From contig JBBDRK010000060.1 of assembly GCA_040905465.1 (NCBI GenBank), positions 11,419-21,819 on the forward strand: a stretch of 10,401 nucleotides of DNA. The letters run 5' to 3'. The notes beneath the pieces were generated by a model, which saw only the letters and a program-made list of their open reading frames with translations, had not been told where the DNA came from and searched no databases. Source of the DNA: Trueperaceae bacterium. GTDB lineage: Bacteria > Deinococcota > Deinococci > Deinococcales > Trueperaceae. Below, one piece after another: positions 7,838-10,401 of the stretch (position 1 is the stretch's first letter; each line of letters starts with the position of its first letter). The position numbers and the translations under genes were made by a program.

Positions 7838-7866
7838 CGGGCTTGCTCGCCCGTCACGGCATGCTA
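7838..7866 (-). promoter_or_regulatory. Candidate -10 box (TAGCAT) and 5' leader hairpin of the secreted-protein operon
   Basis: Minus-strand TAGCAT at 7861-7866 predicts +1 at about 7854 (A), directly followed by the hairpin CGGGC-gagcaa-GCCCG (7838-7853). No good -35. Confidence 0.55.
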
Positions 7867-7888
7867 TGGGTGAGGACCCGCTCGGCGC

Positions 7889-7948
7889 ATCGCCAGTATT
7901 GAGTAGGCTCCTCGATGCGAGTGGAGCGACCTACTCAAGACTGAGTAG
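7889..7948. promoter_or_regulatory. Putative LuxR/NarL-type operator sites (three TGAGTAG half-sites)
   Basis: Palindrome CTACTCA-agac-TGAGTAG at 7931-7948. A third TGAGTAG at 7900-7906 with a degenerate partner (7889-7906), exactly 42 bp away. Confidence 0.65.
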
Positions 7949-7986
7949 AGGCGGAAGGGAGAACTCGGGGAGGAGCAGGTGTGGGA

Positions 7987-10362
7987 CTATTCGCGCTTGA
8001 GTGCCAGCCGCGTGAGTTCCACGCGGTTTCGCGAGCCCGTCTTCCCCAGCATGTTGGCGACATGCTTGCTCGCTGTCGTCGGGCTGATGCCCAGCCGCTT
8101 GGCGATCTGCCGGTCGGAGAGTCCCTCGGCAACGAGCTCGAGCACCTCCCGCTCGCGGGGCGTGAGGCCGACCTTGGCGGTTACCGGGCGCTGGGACGCC
8201 GCTACCGTTCCAGGCGGTTCGAACCGCTCGAGCTCTTCGATCGCTTCCTCTACCGCTATCGCTTGCCCCTCGTCCCAGGCACACTGGAACGCATCGTCGC
8301 CGAGAGCGGCTCGGAGGTCCCGGAGCAGCTGGTCGAAGTGCTCCTCCAGCCGCACCTGTCTCATCGGCACCTCTACCGTTCGGAAGAGATGCTCCGAAAC
8401 GGAGGACAGCTTCACGGCGAGCACCGGATTCCCCTGGCGGAGCACCGCGTCGCTCAGACCCTGCAGCACGTAGCCGGCTACCCACCTCGCCTGCAGCCGC
8501 CAGCTCTCCTTCAGGCTCTCTTCGAAGCTCGCGCGAGCCTCGTCGGCCTCGCCCAGGTTCAGCCGAGCCCAGCCGATCAGGTTGCGAGCCTGTGCCGCGC
8601 CGCGGGGCTGCCTGCACTCCAGGTACAGCGCCAGGCTGCGCAGGCCGAGTTCGACCGCCTCGCGCGGGTTTTCGAAGCGATGCGCCAGTCCGAAATTGTG
8701 CAGTGCCCTCGCCAGCCCCGGCTTGTCGCCAAGCGCCTCGAACATCGGCAGAACCCGCTCGTGGAGCTCGACCGAAGCGGCGTATTCGTTCCGCATGGTG
8801 GCGACCAGCGCGAGCGTCAGCAGGGCGTGTGCCTCGCCCCGCCGGTCGGAAACCGCCCGGTACAAGCCCAGGCTCTCCTCGGCGAACCGAATTGCCGCCG
8901 GCCAGTCGGACTGGCGCGTGGCCAGCAGGCTGGCATGATGGCAGACGTCTGCCCGGCGGGCGAGAAGTTCGTCCCCCTCTACGTCCAGCGCGAGGATCTC
9001 TTCCAACCACCTCCTGCCCTCGCGCAGGTAGGCGTTGTTCTCCCACAGCCCTGCCAGTACCTGTGCGAGGCGAAGGGACAGCTCGGCGTCCCTGGCCTGC
9101 AAAGCCCAACGCAGCGCCGCACGAAAGTTGTTCTGTTCCAGCTCCAGCCGTTTCAGCCGCTTCTCTGGCTCGTGGAACTCCGCGCGAGTCTCGAGCTCCT
9201 CTGCCCACAGCAGAGAGAAGCGTGCGTGGGCCTCCCGCACCTGTTCCTCTTCGCGTGTGTTCGCGAGTTTCTCCAGCGCGTACTCCCGGATCGTCTCGAG
9301 CATGTCCAGGCACGGCAGGGGACAGTCGGCGTCTATCTGGCGCACCAGGCTCTGGTCCACCAGTTGCGTCAGATCGTCCAGCAGGTCCGGCAGATCGCCG
9401 GGGGCGCCGCAGACCGCCTCCACCGCCCGCAAGCCGACCTGGCCGTCGAAGACCGACATGCGCCTGAAGAGGCGGCGTTGCGTGTCGCTCAACAGATCGT
9501 GGCTCCAGTCGATCGTTTTGCGCAGGGTCTGCTGGCGCTCGGGCAGGTCCCTGGCACCACCGGTGAGGAACTCGAGCCGCTTCTCGAGACGGGCGAGCAG
9601 CGAGTCGGGATCGAAAAGCTTGGTCCGGGCCGCCGCCAACTCGATCGCGAGGGGCAGCCCGTCGAGTGTGCGGCATATATCGCTTACCGTCGTGGCGTTC
9701 TCCGCCGTGAGCCTGAACGATGGTTTGACCGCCTGGGCGCGCTGACGGAACAGCTTCAGCGCTTCGTACTCCTCCAGCGCCTCCGGGCCGACGACCTCGT
9801 CTCGCTGCGGCACCCCCAAAGGCGCCACCGGAAACTCGTGCTCGCCGGTCAGGCGCAAGGGCGCCCGGCTGGTGACCAGCAGCTTCAGGTACGGGCAGGC
9901 CGCCAGCAACGCCGCGACCTTGGGAGCTGCAGGCATCAGGTGCTCGAAGTTGTCGAGCACAAGCAGGAGTTGCCTGGACCGAATGTAAGCCACGAGCCGC
10001 TCGAACGGCGACTCGCGTGCCCCTTCGTGGATGCCGAGAACGCCGCCGATCGCGGTCATAACCAGCTTGTAGTCCCGCAACGGCGCCAGCGCGACCAGGA
10101 AGACTCCGTCGGCGAAGTCGTCGGCCAACTGCGCCGCCAGCCGCAACGCCAATCGTGTCTTGCCGATGCCGCCGGTTCCCGTCAGCGTGAGGAGCGGTAC
10201 GTCGGCACGCAGAAGCATCGGCTCGAGGATAGCTAGCTCCCGCTGCCGGCCTACCAGCGGTGTAGCCTGAACCGGCAGATTGTTGGGCGCCTGCCGGCCC
10301 TCGCCCCTGGCTTGTCGCGGGCGGCCGTGCTGCTCTGCAGCTTCGCTGGCCCGATTGTCCAT
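7987..10362 (-). CDS. STAND-type (NB-ARC-like ATPase, winged helix, TPR) LuxR-family transcriptional regulator
   Basis: 791 aa. NNLP...LVGRQRE, Walker A GTGGIGKT, Walker B LLVLDNFEH, LVTSR, GLPLAIELAAA, MLETIREYA, TPR-like helices, and a C-terminal LuxR HTH (LTPREREVLELVAEGLSDRQIAKRLGISPTTASKHVANMLGKTG). Confidence 0.95.
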   Translation of the reverse strand: MDNRASEAAEQHGRPRQARGEGRQAPNNLPVQATPLVGRQRELAILEPMLLRADVPLLTLTGTGGIGKTRLALRLAAQLADDFADGVFLVALAPLRDYKLVMTAIGGVLGIHEGARESPFERLVAYIRSRQLLLVLDNFEHLMPAAPKVAALLAACPYLKLLVTSRAPLRLTGEHEFPVAPLGVPQRDEVVGPEALEEYEALKLFRQRAQAVKPSFRLTAENATTVSDICRTLDGLPLAIELAAARTKLFDPDSLLARLEKRLEFLTGGARDLPERQQTLRKTIDWSHDLLSDTQRRLFRRMSVFDGQVGLRAVEAVCGAPGDLPDLLDDLTQLVDQSLVRQIDADCPLPCLDMLETIREYALEKLANTREEEQVREAHARFSLLWAEELETRAEFHEPEKRLKRLELEQNNFRAALRWALQARDAELSLRLAQVLAGLWENNAYLREGRRWLEEILALDVEGDELLARRADVCHHASLLATRQSDWPAAIRFAEESLGLYRAVSDRRGEAHALLTLALVATMRNEYAASVELHERVLPMFEALGDKPGLARALHNFGLAHRFENPREAVELGLRSLALYLECRQPRGAAQARNLIGWARLNLGEADEARASFEESLKESWRLQARWVAGYVLQGLSDAVLRQGNPVLAVKLSSVSEHLFRTVEVPMRQVRLEEHFDQLLRDLRAALGDDAFQCAWDEGQAIAVEEAIEELERFEPPGTVAASQRPVTAKVGLTPREREVLELVAEGLSDRQIAKRLGISPTTASKHVANMLGKTGSRNRVELTRLALKRE

Positions 10363-10370
10363 ATGTCTGA

Positions 10371-10376
10371 AATATA
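10371..10376 (-). promoter_or_regulatory. Candidate -10 box (TATATT) for near-leaderless transcription of the LuxR-STAND gene
   Basis: Minus strand GCTATATT-tcagacat-ATG (8-nt gap); no SD. The same GCTATATT precedes tetR. Confidence 0.5.
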
Positions 10377-10401
10377 GCGGTTCTTGATGAGGCTCGGGCT
10401 C

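Noticed and set aside
7981-10236. 751-aa + strand ORF, and the other long ORFs overlapping the LuxR-STAND gene (7931..9676, 8592..9467, 9035..9745)
   Set aside because: Antisense or alternate-frame shadows of a gene with clear motifs; no recognisable domain; expected in GC-rich DNA.

Overview
GC-rich bacterial chromosomal segment with nine supportable CDSs, eight on the minus strand. Left to right: the N-terminal part of a secreted Asp/Thr-rich protein (runs off the left edge; absent from the ORF track), a ClC chloride transporter with CBS and TrkA-C/RCK_C domains, a secreted SMP-30/gluconolactonase-like beta-propeller protein, oligoendopeptidase F, a TetR regulator divergent from a cytoplasmic cupin, a secreted cupin, a small secreted His-rich protein, and a STAND-type ATPase-TPR-LuxR regulator. 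Several genes have a TANNNT box 7-8 nt before the ATG and no Shine-Dalgarno, and some signal peptides end in AxA-Q; together these suggest Deinococcota (inference only). The most interesting part is 5625-10362, where two regulatory modules can be read from the DNA. One is a TetR/cupin pair with overlapping divergent promoters and two matching 18-bp operators. The other is a LuxR-STAND gene followed by NarL-like 7-2-7 sites at about -43.5 and -85.5 of a promoter for two exported proteins: a His-rich mini-protein whose mature form would begin His-Pro-His, and a cupin lacking its third metal-binding His. No rRNA, tRNA, CRISPR array or mobile element was seen.
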